64,000 nucleotides of DNA from contig OZ176053.1 of assembly GCA_964247055.1 (NCBI GenBank), positions 11,036,001 through 11,100,000 on the forward strand. Direction: 5' to 3'. Of the stretch, positions 42,101 through 55,800 are shown in pieces. Position 1 is the stretch's first letter. The number at the start of each line of letters is the position of its first letter. This stretch comes from Paragordius varius. Lineage: Eukaryota > Animalia > Nematomorpha. The position numbers and the translations under genes were made by a program. Below the pieces are notes generated by a model that had not been told where the DNA came from, did not search any database, and saw nothing but the letters and a program-made list of their open reading frames with translations.

Positions 42101-44320
42101 AATTATATTCCATACACAATCATTAATGACTTATTCTTTATAAGTTATATTTTTTGAAATTTGAGATATAAAATTTTTTATTTTATCGATGGTTCGCATT
42201 TATGTTTGCCAAACGCTTCAAAACACATTTTAGTCAAGTTTGTCTATAAAAATACTGTCGGAAAAAACGTAATAAAATTTTTTTTCGATAAAAATGTTTT
42301 TGATTTAAAAATGTTAAATAAAAAGATATTTGACTAAAACAGGGGTGTGCAACCAATTGTCTTAAGGTCGCATTTTTAACTCAAAAAGCACACGGTTCCC
42401 CATTCGAAATATATACGGGCATTCACATAATTTTTCGATTTATAAGACTGTAAAATACAAACACAATTTAACTTTTTTTTAATTCATTACCAATTTAATA
42501 GATTCATTCATATGCGTAAGAAATATGAATATTGATTTTGTGGGCATATTTTTGCATATGGATTTCCAAATTTTTTGCGGCCCGCACAAAGATACTCGGA
42601 AGGCCGCCTTAGGCCCCCCAAATGTAAATAATTTAAAATTAGCGTTAAATTTTTTTTAAGATCCAATATAAAGTGTTAAATGATCTTTGTGACAAAAATG
42701 GTATATTTTTATAATTTTATTAATTTATCCGTAACTATAGATTTTTTTAGTTAGCCGCATCATCGATAAAATAAAAAATATTATCTAAACTCACAAAAAT
42801 ATGACATTTAAGAATAAGTCATTAATGATTGTGTATGGAATATAATTAAAAAAACTGTCAAATTGTGTTTTAACAAAAAATAATATCCTAATATTACGTT
42901 AATAATGGTTAAAAGTTGTTTTTATATTCTTATTTTGACATTTATCATCAAAAATAAAACCGTTTTTATTGACTGGGAAAACGTTTTTATTGAGTGGGAA
43001 AATGTTTTTATTGACTGGGAAATTGTTTCGATTGACTGGGAAAACGTTTCGATTGACTGGGAAAATGTTCCGATTGACTGGGAAAACGTTTCGATTGACT
43101 GGGAAAACGTTTCGATTGATTGGGAAAATGTTTCGATTGACTGGGAAAACGTTTATTTAGACTGGGAAATGGTATATATATATAGCACCAAGATTTGATT
43201 TTGTTTTGTAACTGTTAGTTCTATAAAATATATTGTTGAGTAGGCACGATTTTAAGGTTTAATTTTGTTAAACATAACATATTATGGAAAATGATAACAA
43301 TAATAGATTGTTGATTTAAGTATTTAAAGAAAAAACGGCCTTGACCCTATTTTTTATAGTATTACTCTCTTTCTTACATTTTTAAAAACTCTTAAATAGA
43401 ATCCGATATTGATAACGTTACTGTATCTACAATCTCACCTATTAAAAATATATGCCCTTTTGCCGCACTAGAACATGATGACGATCAAAAAAATGAAGGT
43501 AAGACAATAAGTTTGAAACCACAACCAATTTTTTGGCCGACATGTGAATGGAGAAAGATTTTGTGTCAATGTGTCAAATGTCTCAAAATGTATGAAGATA
43601 GACATTTAACATTTTTACCCAATGCGAAAGACACTTTAATATATTTTACACAAAATTCCATGTTTTATAACACTGAAAATAAACCTGTTACATCTTTTAC
43701 TAACATATTACAATCAACTCAACTTGCTACAAATGAATCGATAAAAAACACCTCAACTTTAATCAATGGACATACCAATGAAATTGATAAAGGTGATAAT
43801 CTAAACGTTAATTTGAGTCCACGGACGGATGAAACTAATGCGCCTCTCTCTAACAATTTTAAAAGTCAATATGAACAAAGTTTAGAGGCATTTTCACATC
43901 TTGATCGCATGTCTCAAAATACTATGATCCATGAATTCAATGATATGAAGGATAAACTAAAGGATTATTTTAAGAGATTTGCTGATGAAAATAAGGTTAA
44001 AATATTTATTTATTGCTGGAAATCGTAGTGTATGCACAGTTTTCGAGTTTTGGGTTTTGTTTATAATAAATGATACATATTCATAATAAAGCGTTAGCGG
44101 CACCAATATTGAATAAAGGGAGTACCTTTTTAGTTTTTGTAAAATAATGCAGATATAACCTCTTTGAATTACGTTAACTTAATAATAATTAAAGCTACTT
44201 TACATGATTTTAAAATTATTCATCATTGATAAATAGGTTGTCACCAAAGAAGATGTTGCTGAATTTTTTACCCACCAGTTGAAAAGACCAAAAACAAAGG
44301 ATTTTGAGCAATATAATTAA
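38108..44320 (+). CDS. UBR7: Putative E3 ubiquitin ligase UBR7 (UBR box + atypical PHD)
   Basis: Exons 38108-38260, 38284-38417, 38525-38678, 40084-40282, 43400-43995, 44237-44320. Motifs: RQPLYSCLTC..AGICLACSLNCHENHNLVELYTKRNFKCDCGNSKF, YCTCNRPYPD, MIQCIVCEDWFH, WRKILCQCVKC, and C-terminal KDYFKRFADENKVVTKEDVAEFF. First intron is 23 nt. Confidence 0.95.
39108..39144. repeat. (TA)n microsatellite
   Basis: Uninterrupted TA run. Similar runs occur near 3716, 32279, 52812, 59907 and 61924. Confidence 0.95.
39522..39992. mobile_element. hAT (Charlie-like) MITE in UBR7 intron 3
   Basis: Ends CAGGGGTTTCCAACAC / GTGTTTACCACCCCTG, with GC-rich gcgggccgc subterminal motifs. Flanks gtctagagac / gtccagac resemble a duplicated NTCTAGAN target. 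Confidence 0.75.
40329..41762. mobile_element. Foldback element, copy 1 (about 480-bp TIRs with a 21-bp tandem array)
   Basis: atat|ACCATTTCCCAGTC ... GACTGGGAAATGGT|atat. Terminal arrays of the unit ttttcccagtcaatcgaaaca. The central spacer contains a CAGGGG-type hAT MITE (about 40861-41143). Confidence 0.9.
41770..43173. mobile_element. Foldback element, copy 2, abutting copy 1
   Basis: Same termini, arrays and central hAT MITE (from about 42340) in the same orientation. Separated from copy 1 by only 7 bp (ATATTAT). Confidence 0.9.
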
Positions 44321-44899
44321 TTGAATTATAAATTGTTGAATTAATAAATTTTTTTGTTTTTTTTACTGTCCAAATTTATTCTAAATATGTAGGATATCAA
44401 TAAAAAACGAGTGAGTTTTTTGACGAGTTTATTAATTAATACTTTCAATACAAAATGAATATTTGTATTTACAGGAAGGATAAAATGGCATATAAGCTGT
44501 ATTAGGCAGTACAAACTGTTGTTTAGAAAATGCTGCTTCTGTAATGCGTTGTCAATATCGTTCAAGATTTAAAAAATAATATTTTTTATATACGCCGTTG
44601 CATGCAAAACTCTTGAGAAAAAATATATCTTTTTTGACAGATAAATTGGGATTCTGACTGTCCTTTACATTCGTACGGATCTAAGAAATTAATGCCATTT
44701 TCGGCTCTGGAGTAGTTATCACAAAAGTCGTAATAATTTTTTAGATCACACGTAAGGTCCAAAACTTAAAGACCATGAGAACATATTCAAAAATGGCAAT
44801 ATATGCTCCGTGTTGGTTTTCGGTGAAAGCTAAATGCTTTATTTAAAAAAATATCTTTAAATATATTATAAAAAGCAAAATATTTTATAAAATTTTAGA

Positions 44900-46409
44900 T
44901 GTGGATAAGCAATTTTTCTTAATACAAAGCCGATAGATTTGGTTATTTGAATCAACTAATGTATAATGGTAAAAATTTTCAAATCATAATAAATAAAAAA
45001 ATTAGACAAATTATTTTAATATTATTGTTAGGGTTACATTGGTAAATCATCTTTAAAATTATTTTTTTATAGTGGATACTAAAATGCATAGTTACAGTGT
45101 ATAAAAAATCAAGAATACCATAAACTTTTTTTCCAATCTTTGAAAATTTAAAATTAAAGTCAAAAAAAATAATTATTGATGATATGGTTTTTTTAAAAAT
45201 AAATAATAGCTGTTTTAAATGAAAGCAATAAATAAGTGTTTAATCACATTATCTTTTTTATGTTATCTTTTTTAGCCATTCATTGCCATCTACAAATACT
45301 TTAAGCTATTTACATCCATTTTTAAAAATATATTAATTGAAAAAAACGCGCTCGCTTCCCGGGTTTTTGTCCAATATTAATATTAAACATCGATGTAAAA
45401 CATATTAGTGTGCATTTTATAAAGTTTTTACTTTTACGAATGATATATTAGAGATGAGCATTTGTTATTTTTAAATAATTTCATGGTTTATTGAGGCAAT
45501 TTTTTACGTATCACATGCCCTTGTGTACAACTAATGATTTTACAGATCATTAGAAAACTGGCCTTTGCCTTTAGTGCATTTTCATGCTCCGGCCAACATA
45601 CGGGAAGGTGGCAATAGGACTTTGTGTTTTAAATGTTTAATTGTTTAGACCCAAGCAATAATAATTTTAATCGACCAAGGCTACTTAATATTGATGGACA
45701 TGACATCGAATTGGTAGACTCTTTTGTATACCTAGGAGATGTCATATCATTTCAGGGAAGCCCACAAAAGGTTATCAAAAGATGAATACAACAAGGTTGG
45801 ATAAAATATAATTAGTTAAAATATGTTTTCCAAAACAAAAATGTTAACAATCGTAATAAATGGTATCTTTACAAGACAGGAATAGGACCTGCTTTTAAAT
45901 ATGGTTCTGAAACCTGAGCATTAAAGAAATCTAAAAATACTCAAAAGCTGCTTTCGTACACCAGAAATACCAATTTTCATTAAAAAAACCGATAAAATTG
46001 ATTATATAAATCAAACTAACAGATTGCGTCTGTACGGTCATACTCAGAGAAGAGACGCCACCCATCCATTAAAAACTGTTGAAAACATTAATGTTGATGG
46101 CAATAGAAGAAAGGGACGACCACTCTTTCTTATAATGATAATATAAAAATGGACTTGAATCAACGTATCCTTTCCACAGAACAATGTAAAGATCGTAATT
46201 TATGGAGGAAATTACTTCGTGGACACAAAACTCATGAAATAAAGATAAATTGTAAAATTTCTATAAAAAGGGCGCATAATCAAAAAAAATAAATTATAAA
46301 TTATCAGATAGAAAGAATTACAATTTTGAATTCAGATATACTGTTAAAATGATAGTAAATATCAAAAAATGCAAAAAACTCAATTAGTAGAAAAATGTGT
46401 TGTCTAGTG
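44900..46409. mobile_element. Second copy of the CACTAGACAAC-TIR element, interrupted by nested insertions
   Basis: About 44900-45480 and 46265-46409 are colinear with about 20100-20906. The right TIR gttgtctagtg ends at 46409. Left end not located. Confidence 0.6.
45640..46240 (+). mobile_element. RTE-clade LINE 3' fragment nested in the TIR element
   Basis: LNIDGHDIELVDSFVYLG..IQQGW.., ..YGSET*.., ..LRLYGH.., ..RRRGRP-like pieces, with stops and frameshifts. Confidence 0.75.
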
Positions 46410-46745
46410 TTAAATGATCCAAATTATAGATGGTAAAAATTTTAAAAGAAATTTTCAACTAAAGTTGAATATATTAAAATCCGATACCAATTCACCTTAT
46501 TCGTGTATAATACATCCAATTTTTATGGTCGGGTTATTGAAAACCGTTTAAAATTAAATAACAAAAACTTTACTACTTATCTATTAAAAATATTAATTAA
46601 CATTTAAAAAAGTGTAATGTGCATTAATGTTGAAATACTATAAAAACCTTCCTAAAATAATATTCCTCTAAATACACATTGATATGTTAACAATATAAAA
46701 TGGAGAAAAATGCTATTTATTACAATATAGCAGTCACACAACTAT

Positions 46746-49700
46746 TTAAAAGACTAAAATGCCATCGGCATGCTTTTGTATCACACTAACAATGAAGTTA
46801 TAGTAAGTGGCAGAAGCATTTTGTCCAAAAAGAGGGTTAAATAAACCGACATCTTCATATGATTGCTTATAAACGATTTTGGGTAAAATGCCCGTCAAAC
46901 GTCTCACATCTTTTGGGTGTGAAAGCCAATCTAAATCATTGGTCATCAGGACAGTCCCAATCCTCATTTTGGTTAAATCATAGTCAGGAGGTGCAATCTA
47001 AAATTAGTTGAAATACAGTAAATAAATTAGACGGATAAAATACAAAAACTAAAAGATTTTTTTAAAAAAACGATTAACATACTTTTAACCTTAATTTTTA
47101 TATATAACCGATTTTTTGGCATAATGGGGAATAGATATCTAAATTATAACACACTCATTTCATTTCAAAGTCTAATTGGCAAAATCAAGGTTTGGAAAAA
47201 TATGGTTGTATTTTAAACAAATTTGTTTTTTAGTTTAACGTTTTATCTGTATAATTTCAAGTTTTGCTGTCCAACACACCTTAATTCTTTGTCACAGAAT
47301 CCCATAGAATTCATAATAATATATATGAATTGTATTAGTGCAATTGTATTATATATTGAATAAATAAGGCTAATTTTATGATTCGTATACGTCGTGAATA
47401 AGGTAGAAAATATAATTTATTTTTTAAGATCTCAAATTTTCACACAAAGGGATTGTCAAATGTTGTTAGAAAAATAAACATAAAAAAATAAACATATCAA
47501 ATACCGTTGCCTGGTACCTTAGTTAAGTATGAGTTAGTCTAGCTATTGTAATTCATATGGTGTTGTATGCATATCTATTTTATTAATTAATTTTGTTGTT
47601 TTTAAGTTTTATTGTTGAAACAGCCCCAACTTAATGCGAAAATTTGTTTAATTAATTTATTTTTATTTTGTACCCCAATGTATATACGAACCTTATTAAT
47701 AAACCATCGTCATTATCCAAAATTTAAGTGAAACCATGAATATATTTTGAAATTGTATTATATAATTTAATATAAATATCCAGATATACTTGTTGATATT
47801 TCTTTAGGTTATCAATGAGGCCATAATCAAATTCCCGTATAGCACCAGTGTCTATGCCTTGTATGATGTGAGCAATCGTTTTCACTGAGGTTCCAGCCGG
47901 GAAATATTTTTCATAATAAGGGATTCGAGTCTAAAAAGTGTATAAATTGAATTGGTAGATATCAAAATATCATCTAGTCTGATGCGCTATACAAATAGCT
48001 TTGCGGGCCGCATCAAACAAATACATGGGCATTAATAAATATTTTTTTAAATTAAAAACAAGCATATTACGGACACAATATAAAAACTACCTTTTTTACC
48101 AATTTTTGCTAGTTGGTTGCCAAAAATTTGGAAAGACTTATTCAGAAACTATTTGCGAAAGAAGTATCAATTTTAATGAGATTTTTTTTATAAATAGCAA
48201 TGAAGTTTTTAATTTTGTATTTTCCCAAATTTTTTCAGCCCCATAAACATTTTAAAGGACCGCATGTTGGACCGTCGATAGGAAAGAAAAAAAACATTAA
48301 TTGATATTGATACCGTGTTTAAATCGTGTATAATCGACGGTCCTCCCAAAATGTAAAGCATAGTCTCACACAAGTTAACATCGGAAACGGAGCATTGATT
48401 CAGAGCCAACCATTCAAGGACAGTTTTGGATGGGTTAAAATCCTTCTTTCCAACCAATTTATCCAACAAGCTCTGAGAACCGGTAAAATCATTGAAAGAT
48501 TTGAGGTTGGATCTCATGTAATCCACATACACAAGTGGGCACACGGCAAACATGAGGGATACATCCGTAGCTTTGGATGGATTAAAATGGGAATAATGGA
48601 GGAAACCAGCTAATGCCCCAATCGAATGCCCAATGTAATAAAATGTTTTGGTCGCAGATTTACGTTTAACCACATCCGTTAGGGCAGGCACATCATATTG
48701 AGCCAATTCATGAAAACTAGCCAGCAAACGATGTATAAATTTATATAGAAATGCTAGCTAGGTGTAAAAACTTTTTGAATTTAATGTAAGGGTGTAAACC
48801 AGTAATCAAAACCAGAACCATTAGTATTTTTGGCCACTATTTTCGGAATATAGATTTTTCCGAAAAAAAAAGGATTCATTTAATTTTATAGTTTATTATG
48901 GTTCAATAAATCTGTCATCTCATACATATTGTATCCAAAAAAATAGAGCAGCGTTAAATTTTAAAAAATTGAAACGAAGTCAAGACCATTTAATTGGAAC
49001 ACAACCGAATCAAACTAAATTTATTTTGGCAAAAAAAATCTTTAAAAGAAAAAACTTTTGAGAAAGAACCATTTTGTTCTAGAAAAATTGGCCCGAACCC
49101 GGTTCCAAAATCCCTGGTTAAACCTTATACATGTGTAGCATATAAATTGTAATCTAAATAAATTCATTTAGAGGCTACCTCCAGTCCCAATATTCGTCGG
49201 AATTGCTTGATAATGATATGTGCTTTTTGGAGTATTTATTTCCACGAAAATCACCCAACCAAACATCCATATTATTATCAGCCAATATGAATGCTATAAT
49301 AAGTTTGTTTATTGATCATTCGTCAAAAATTATAAATATTCTATCCAGAAAATTAATTATAATTGCTTTGATATGCAAAAAAATTTAGATTATAAAGATA
49401 GAAATTGCCATTATTTAAATTTTATTGTGATTAGAATTAATATAGACCCAAAATCTTGAAATTTACATAAAAGTTTTTTCGGCATATTAATTGAAAAGGG
49501 TTAACTACAAATTTTTGCAAGATTTTTCGCTTGTGTAAAAATAGTTTTTTTAATTTTTCTTTAAATTTGGTTCTGTAAACTGGTAAAATTACCGTTCGGC
49601 CCCATTTTATGTAAATTTAGTAATAGCTTAACTTATTGATGTTATTTAGTTTCAGAGCAATTTTAATTTTCATCAATCGAAATTTAATCTTGATTTGTCT

Positions 49701-50502
49701 TAATTATAAAGTCATGGTATAACTAAAGTTTAAATTATATAATCCTACCATCTTAGCGGAATATTTATTTTAAAAGTAATTTATTTTTGAAGTCTTAAAT
49801 CATTTTTCAGGATTGTTAATTGATATTATAATAACGGCGGGATTATTTCAAATATTGAATTGAAAAATTATAAACTCGGAATTATAAATATTTCAGCTGG
49901 GCAACTATACACCAATGTTTAAATCTTTGAGGATTATTTAAACCGTATCCAATTTGGAATGCGATTTAAAAAATAATTCTAATTATGGCTTTTCCTATTT
50001 ATGAAATATCTTACCCAAACTATTAGTGTATGGTTCATTGATGAGGAAGTCATGAGATGCCCCCATCAAGCCATGTTGTAAGTAAACAGTGGCCGATTTT
50101 TGTGATTCATTTTTGACCGTTTTTCCGTGTGGAATGCGGTGCAAAGCTAAAATATATCCATCTACTGTAGTCACGGTGTAATTTTCATAGGGATACCCAT
50201 TACTTTTTATAAGCTCCCACTAAAAATGGTTAAAGTTTAACAGTATTAAATTACCAATCGCCTATTTATTTATGGAAAGAGGATAGCATGCAATATTGTT
50301 TTTTTACCTATTAAGTTACATTAAAAATAGAATTTATATAGTAGGTATATCAATAGTAATTAGTTTAAAAAAATTTTATTTTATCCACAAAAAAGTAAAA
50401 TTCTTAAATAAAACTAATTCAATAATATACCGTATTGAATGGGAAATCCGACCATATACATTTTAATGTTTGCAAGAATATAACGATTAGCGTCCAAATC
50501 AT
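46746..50502 (-). CDS. Secreted acid lipase family protein (LIPA/gastric lipase-like), about 395 aa, probably catalytically inactive
   Basis: Exons 50502-50431 (signal peptide), 50219-50015, 49293-49179, 48716-48314, 47930-47790, 46997-46746. Motifs: GYPYENYTVTTVDGYILALHRIP, LQHGL, DVWLGDFRGNKYS, SFHELAQYDVPA, YIGHSIG, PAGTSVK, FDYG, PPDYDL, DWL. Confidence 0.92.
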
Positions 50503-50791
50503 TTTGATATGTAACAAAAAATGGGTGTTTATTCAAATAAAAAATGCCAAAACAATATTTATGCAAAATTTAGGGTGTGGCCTATATTTGCATAATATAA
50601 CACCACTCTATATTAAATGACTAAAAAAACAGTAAAAAATTTTAAAAAATATTCTTTATAACATGTAAAACAAAAAATATTGTACTATATTCTAATTTAT
50701 TAGTATATACAATAATATAATATGGGGTTAAATAATTTATTTAAAAATAAGTTCCAATTAACGCAAAAATTTCTCATTTGTCGTCCGTTGC

Positions 50792-52807
50792 TTAATTTGT
50801 CATCAATATTTCATCAAATTCTTTGACATAACTATATTAATATAAAAATATAATAATAATTATTTGAAAAATTTTAAAAAAATAAATACTTTGGGTTGTA
50901 ATTTTCAAGTCTGCCACGTACGATATTAGGACCAAAATAATTTGCCAAATTTTTAAGCAGTTCATTTGCAATTGGTTTTGAATTTATATGATCACTATGC
51001 TAATAATTATATAGGGTTAACACATGAAATAAATTTAATTGGGTATTTTTGCAAAAGCAGCACCCTAAATTTAATTTATTATAAAATAGATTGAGAAATG
51101 TAAAATTGTCCAAAAATTAAAAGAAAATTCTGAGTTAATTAAGTATATACAATAAATTACCAGAACGTGAAAAATAATTGCAAAAAATTGGTTTAGATAC
51201 GATTTCAAAGCCTGTTTCGTATAGGCAAACTTGGTGATGGCAAGTACCTATAAAGAAATTACTTAAAAAATATTTGTTCTTGTATAACTCTCTATTTCAA
51301 ATAATAAGAAAAAAATATAAATCAATACATGTGACATAAAAGTTGATAGTAGATTAAAATGTTGGCCATAATCATTGCGTTCACAACTTGACAGGAGTTG
51401 GGGAAATATTTGTTGAATAAACTCTTGGGCATCTTTTTGGGGTAATTGCATGTTATGGGTCAGTGATGTGGAATCAAATAATTTGACCAATTCATGCAAG
51501 AAAATAATTAATCTGGATAATGAATAAAAAATAATATTAATAGAGCAATAATTATGTGAAGTTCAAGAAAATAATATATTAAATTAATAATTGATGGAAA
51601 AAACATGATTTTTTTCAGCCGCGGAATTCAACCAAAGATTGATAGGTATCGTTTTTGTGGTAAAGGTTAGACATATAAAACGGTTCAAACCAAATTTACG
51701 GTTTCTTTTAAAGAATCTTTTAGCAATTATATTAATTTAATGATATCTTGATACAATATAAATAAATAGGCAAAAATAGCAACTGCACAATATTATTTTG
51801 AAAAATCTGAGGAAATATTATTTAAAATTAAATCAGATCATGAATGTAATAATTAATATATTTTAACCGTTTTTTGTGCCAAAATTATTTGCAAAAAAAG
51901 CTATTAACTCCGCTCCTACTCCTAATTCATTAGCTAACCAATAAATTGATGGAAATATTAATTTATTATACCCATCGACCCTTTCCCAGGGTTGGGAAGG
52001 CCTTTGAAAAGATGTATCACAGCAACCTCCTGCTTTACGCATTTTCGGTGCTAACGAGCCACAGGAATACATTACCTTTTTGGTTTGATAATATGATATA
52101 TAAAAATTGTATAATAAAAAATTTTTATATTTCAAAAAATAGGGACAAAAAATATTTTTGAAAACTATGTTCCATTTAGCCTTTGTAAAGTAAGGCGACA
52201 CTATTTAAACATAAAATATATATATGTACTGGTACTTAATTATTTTGATTTTCAATTCCTTAACTCAAAAATATTTATTAAGTAAAGGTGATTTTTAAAA
52301 AACTTAAACATAATAACGAAAAAAATGGTCAATAGTTAGGCAATAACCGTAATTCTTAAATATTTTATGTAAAAAATATTGTATAAATATTTTGCAAACA
52401 AAACAGTGTTTTACCGATTTATCATGTTTAATATTCCTTTACAAAAGTGTAAATTTGCGCCGATGTTACTTAACGAAAATGAATATTGACTTTACTTAGA
52501 TTTCTTAATAAATAAAAACATAATTTTTTTAAAAAACCTGATCAGTGTGCAATGTATCATCATTAATATTTTCGAAATTAATATCAGAGGTAGGATTCGG
52601 TTGATTTAATTTACTTGGTACAATAGTTTTAACCACGCCAAATTGAGATAAGGTTTGACACGTTATTTTGTTAGACGATGTTGTTGTAGATTGCGAATCA
52701 ACAATATTCCTACTAGGTTTAAAACTTGATAAAGGGGTATTTTGTAAATTATCGATATAATCAAGCATTATTGGTTTTAGATATTGAAGTGAATCCATAC
52801 CTATTTT

Positions 52808-52849
<42 letters not shown>

Positions 52850-55800
52850 TATGCATATAAAAATAAAAAATTTATACTGTTATTATTAAGATTTATATAA
52901 AAACTAAATTGTAAAATGATATTTTCTTCTTGTTTATTCTGAATCTTCGGCAAATTTATCCTTTAACGTTTAATAGCCTAAATAAAAGATTGGTATCAAA
53001 TATCTATCTATTAGAAAGTAAAAAGAAAATTTTTCATGTTTCAATAGCAAAAAAATAAAAAAAATAATTAAATTAAAATACCAAAAGCCGAAGCGATTTT
53101 AGCAAGAGACATCGCTGCACCTTGGCGAACAGAATGAATAGGATCGCCCAAATTTGCAAGAATCGCCGGATAAAATTCTGTCATATAATCTCTAAACGGA
53201 ATATGTTAGGCTTAAAATAACTCTCGCTTGGATAATATTAAATGAATAATAATTTAAGAAAATATCACTTTACTTTGAATGGGTGGGATATGCTTGAATA
53301 AAATTACCACAGGCTACGCAAGCCACTAAAATATAAAATTTGATATTATTATTTGTCCAAAAATTATTAATTTCATTAAATATGTAATATTTATTAGTGT
53401 AAAACATTTAAAAATATTAAAATATTGACACATAAAAGATTAATAAAGAATTATATGGCATTATCATTAAAATATACTATCACGGACTGGCCAGCTATCA
53501 TCTTCGAAACATTTCAAAAGAGTTTGAATCAATTTTATTGCATACGGTTCCAAAATGGATTTATCAATCTGCATAGATAAAAATATATTATATATATATG
53601 GAATTTTATATTTTTTAAAAAAATGAACAATATTATTCATAAAATACAAGTTTTAATAAATTAGGCAAAAAATATACTTTATTTGCCAATTCAGATATAC
53701 AGAGACAAGCTGCCTCTCTAACCGCATGGTTATCCGCCATAGAAGCTTCCTCATAACATTCAATCTAGAAAAACAAATTTTTAAATATTTGGCCCACTAT
53801 AAAAACATAATTATTCATAACAGAAAAAAAGAGTAATAATTTTTAAACAAAGGAATCCAAATTTTATAGCCCTAGACTTTTTATATAATTTTCTAAGTTA
53901 TCAATTAAAGATATCTCTGATAACTTATAATCTTGTAAATTCACAAACGATAAGTTTGTGGATATACAAGATTTTAAATATATTAATTTTTATGCTTTAT
54001 TTTTATATGGTATAATACATTTTTTTCCAAAAGGTTTAAACAAAAATTTAAAATAAGAATTATATCTTTTACAAAGCTTGGGAGATATTGTTCAACTAAT
54101 GCTTTTCCTTGACCTTTAGTCACCAATTCCCAAGTTATTTGGTTATAAATCCGAACTCCTTCAGCCAAATAATATCTGCAAATATATAATTATCAAACAT
54201 TGATAAATTGCGCATTTAAAGCGGAATGTGTATCAAATTCGCATGTAATATATATAAATATAATTTAGAATGTGTTAAAATTTACAATTTGTGGCTATGC
54301 GAAGAATTGATATAACAAAAGGGTCATAATTTAATAAAAAAAATATAAATATTAAACGTTTTTAGGCAATATTTTTGTGGAAATTAATATCATATACCTG
54401 TTTTCACAAATGTCACATATACTATTAAACCATTAAGACACACCTATATATTCTTAGAATCTTAATATTTATAATGGTTTATTGCATAAAATAATTAATA
54501 TGATGATTTAAGCCAATATCAATTTTTAACCGCATTAAAAATTATATTTAATACATTTATGAATCAAAATTGATAATTTAAACAAACAATTTTTTAAATG
54601 GAAAATAGCCGTTTTTACTGAAATAATATACTTTTAAGAGTTTATTCGTTTTATAAAAAAATGGTTTTTGTATATTGTGCGCCGTTATCAAAATTTTGTT
54701 CCATATACAGGATTATTTAGAAAATATCGCTTTAAAGGTTTAATATACTGCGTATTAGGTAAATTTTGCCTTAAATTATTCAAAAAATGGAAAAATGAAA
54801 AAAATACCTATTCAAACATATTCTTGGCAAAAGGCGTTTAAAATGTTCGGAATGATCAATATTTTCAATTGACACACATTCTGTCAAAAATATTCTAGCA
54901 CACTCGGACGCAGCATATCTAACCTATCAAAATTTGTCATTTAAACGAGCTTAAAATTTTTAATAGTATTAATATTAAATGTTATATTTACACTTCGAAA
55001 CCTTTTTAAGAATGCGCTTATATAAAATATATAAAATACGTATAATATTGGACAAAAAATATATAATATTGTGGTTTAGGAAATTATAATTAATAATTGG
55101 TAAAACGATGATACTACAAATTAACATGATAATGGCAAAAGATATTATGAATTATAAAATCAGTTATTTATAGCAAATGTTTTCTATGATAAAAAATTCA
55201 CCTTGAAAAATATTTTTCAAGGTGATTCTATTTTTTACTAAAATCAATATTTAAACCGATAAAGAATATTACTTGACTCCAATTATCTGACAAGCCTTTG
55301 ACAATAATGTCTGTAATTTTATTGCAATCATAATTGATAATTAAATGTTTTGCTTTAGCTTGGCATTTTATGATATTGGATAACAAATGAAATGCTGCTT
55401 CACGTACAAATCTACATATATTTTATAATGTACATCGCCTTTTAATATGGTTTTTTCCAGGAAAGTTTCAAATATAAAATAATAAAATATTCATGATAGG
55501 TTTAAAATAAACATTTATATCCTTTGAGATTCATTCTTTGAAAAAATATTTGTAAAAAATGTAAAATGACAAAAAATCTCTTTAAATAATATTTAGCAGC
55601 CAAACTTTTGTTTTTTACCAAAAAATGGATAAAATATATATATGCAATTTAATGATTGCTTATTTCACACTATAGTAGGGCAATTTGCAACACAGGAGTG
55701 TATAAAGGAGGAAATAATTGATAATTCAACATTTTGTTGTTTTTCTCATATACTACTGTTTTGCAAATTGCCCTGCTATAGTGAGAAATTAGCAACCATT

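Noticed and set aside
40307-43198. Repetitive ORFs (DWENVSI)n / (TGKMFRL)n and a CRISPR-like appearance
   Set aside because: They are translations of a 21-bp tandem unit in both orientations inside TE arms within an intron. There are no unique spacers and no cas genes, and the context is eukaryotic.
51863-51975. Possible non-canonical or exonised micro-intron in the HEAT gene after PWERVDG
   Set aside because: A canonical longer GT-AG intron joining to the exon beginning LIIFLHELVK (near 51520) restores the expected continuation.
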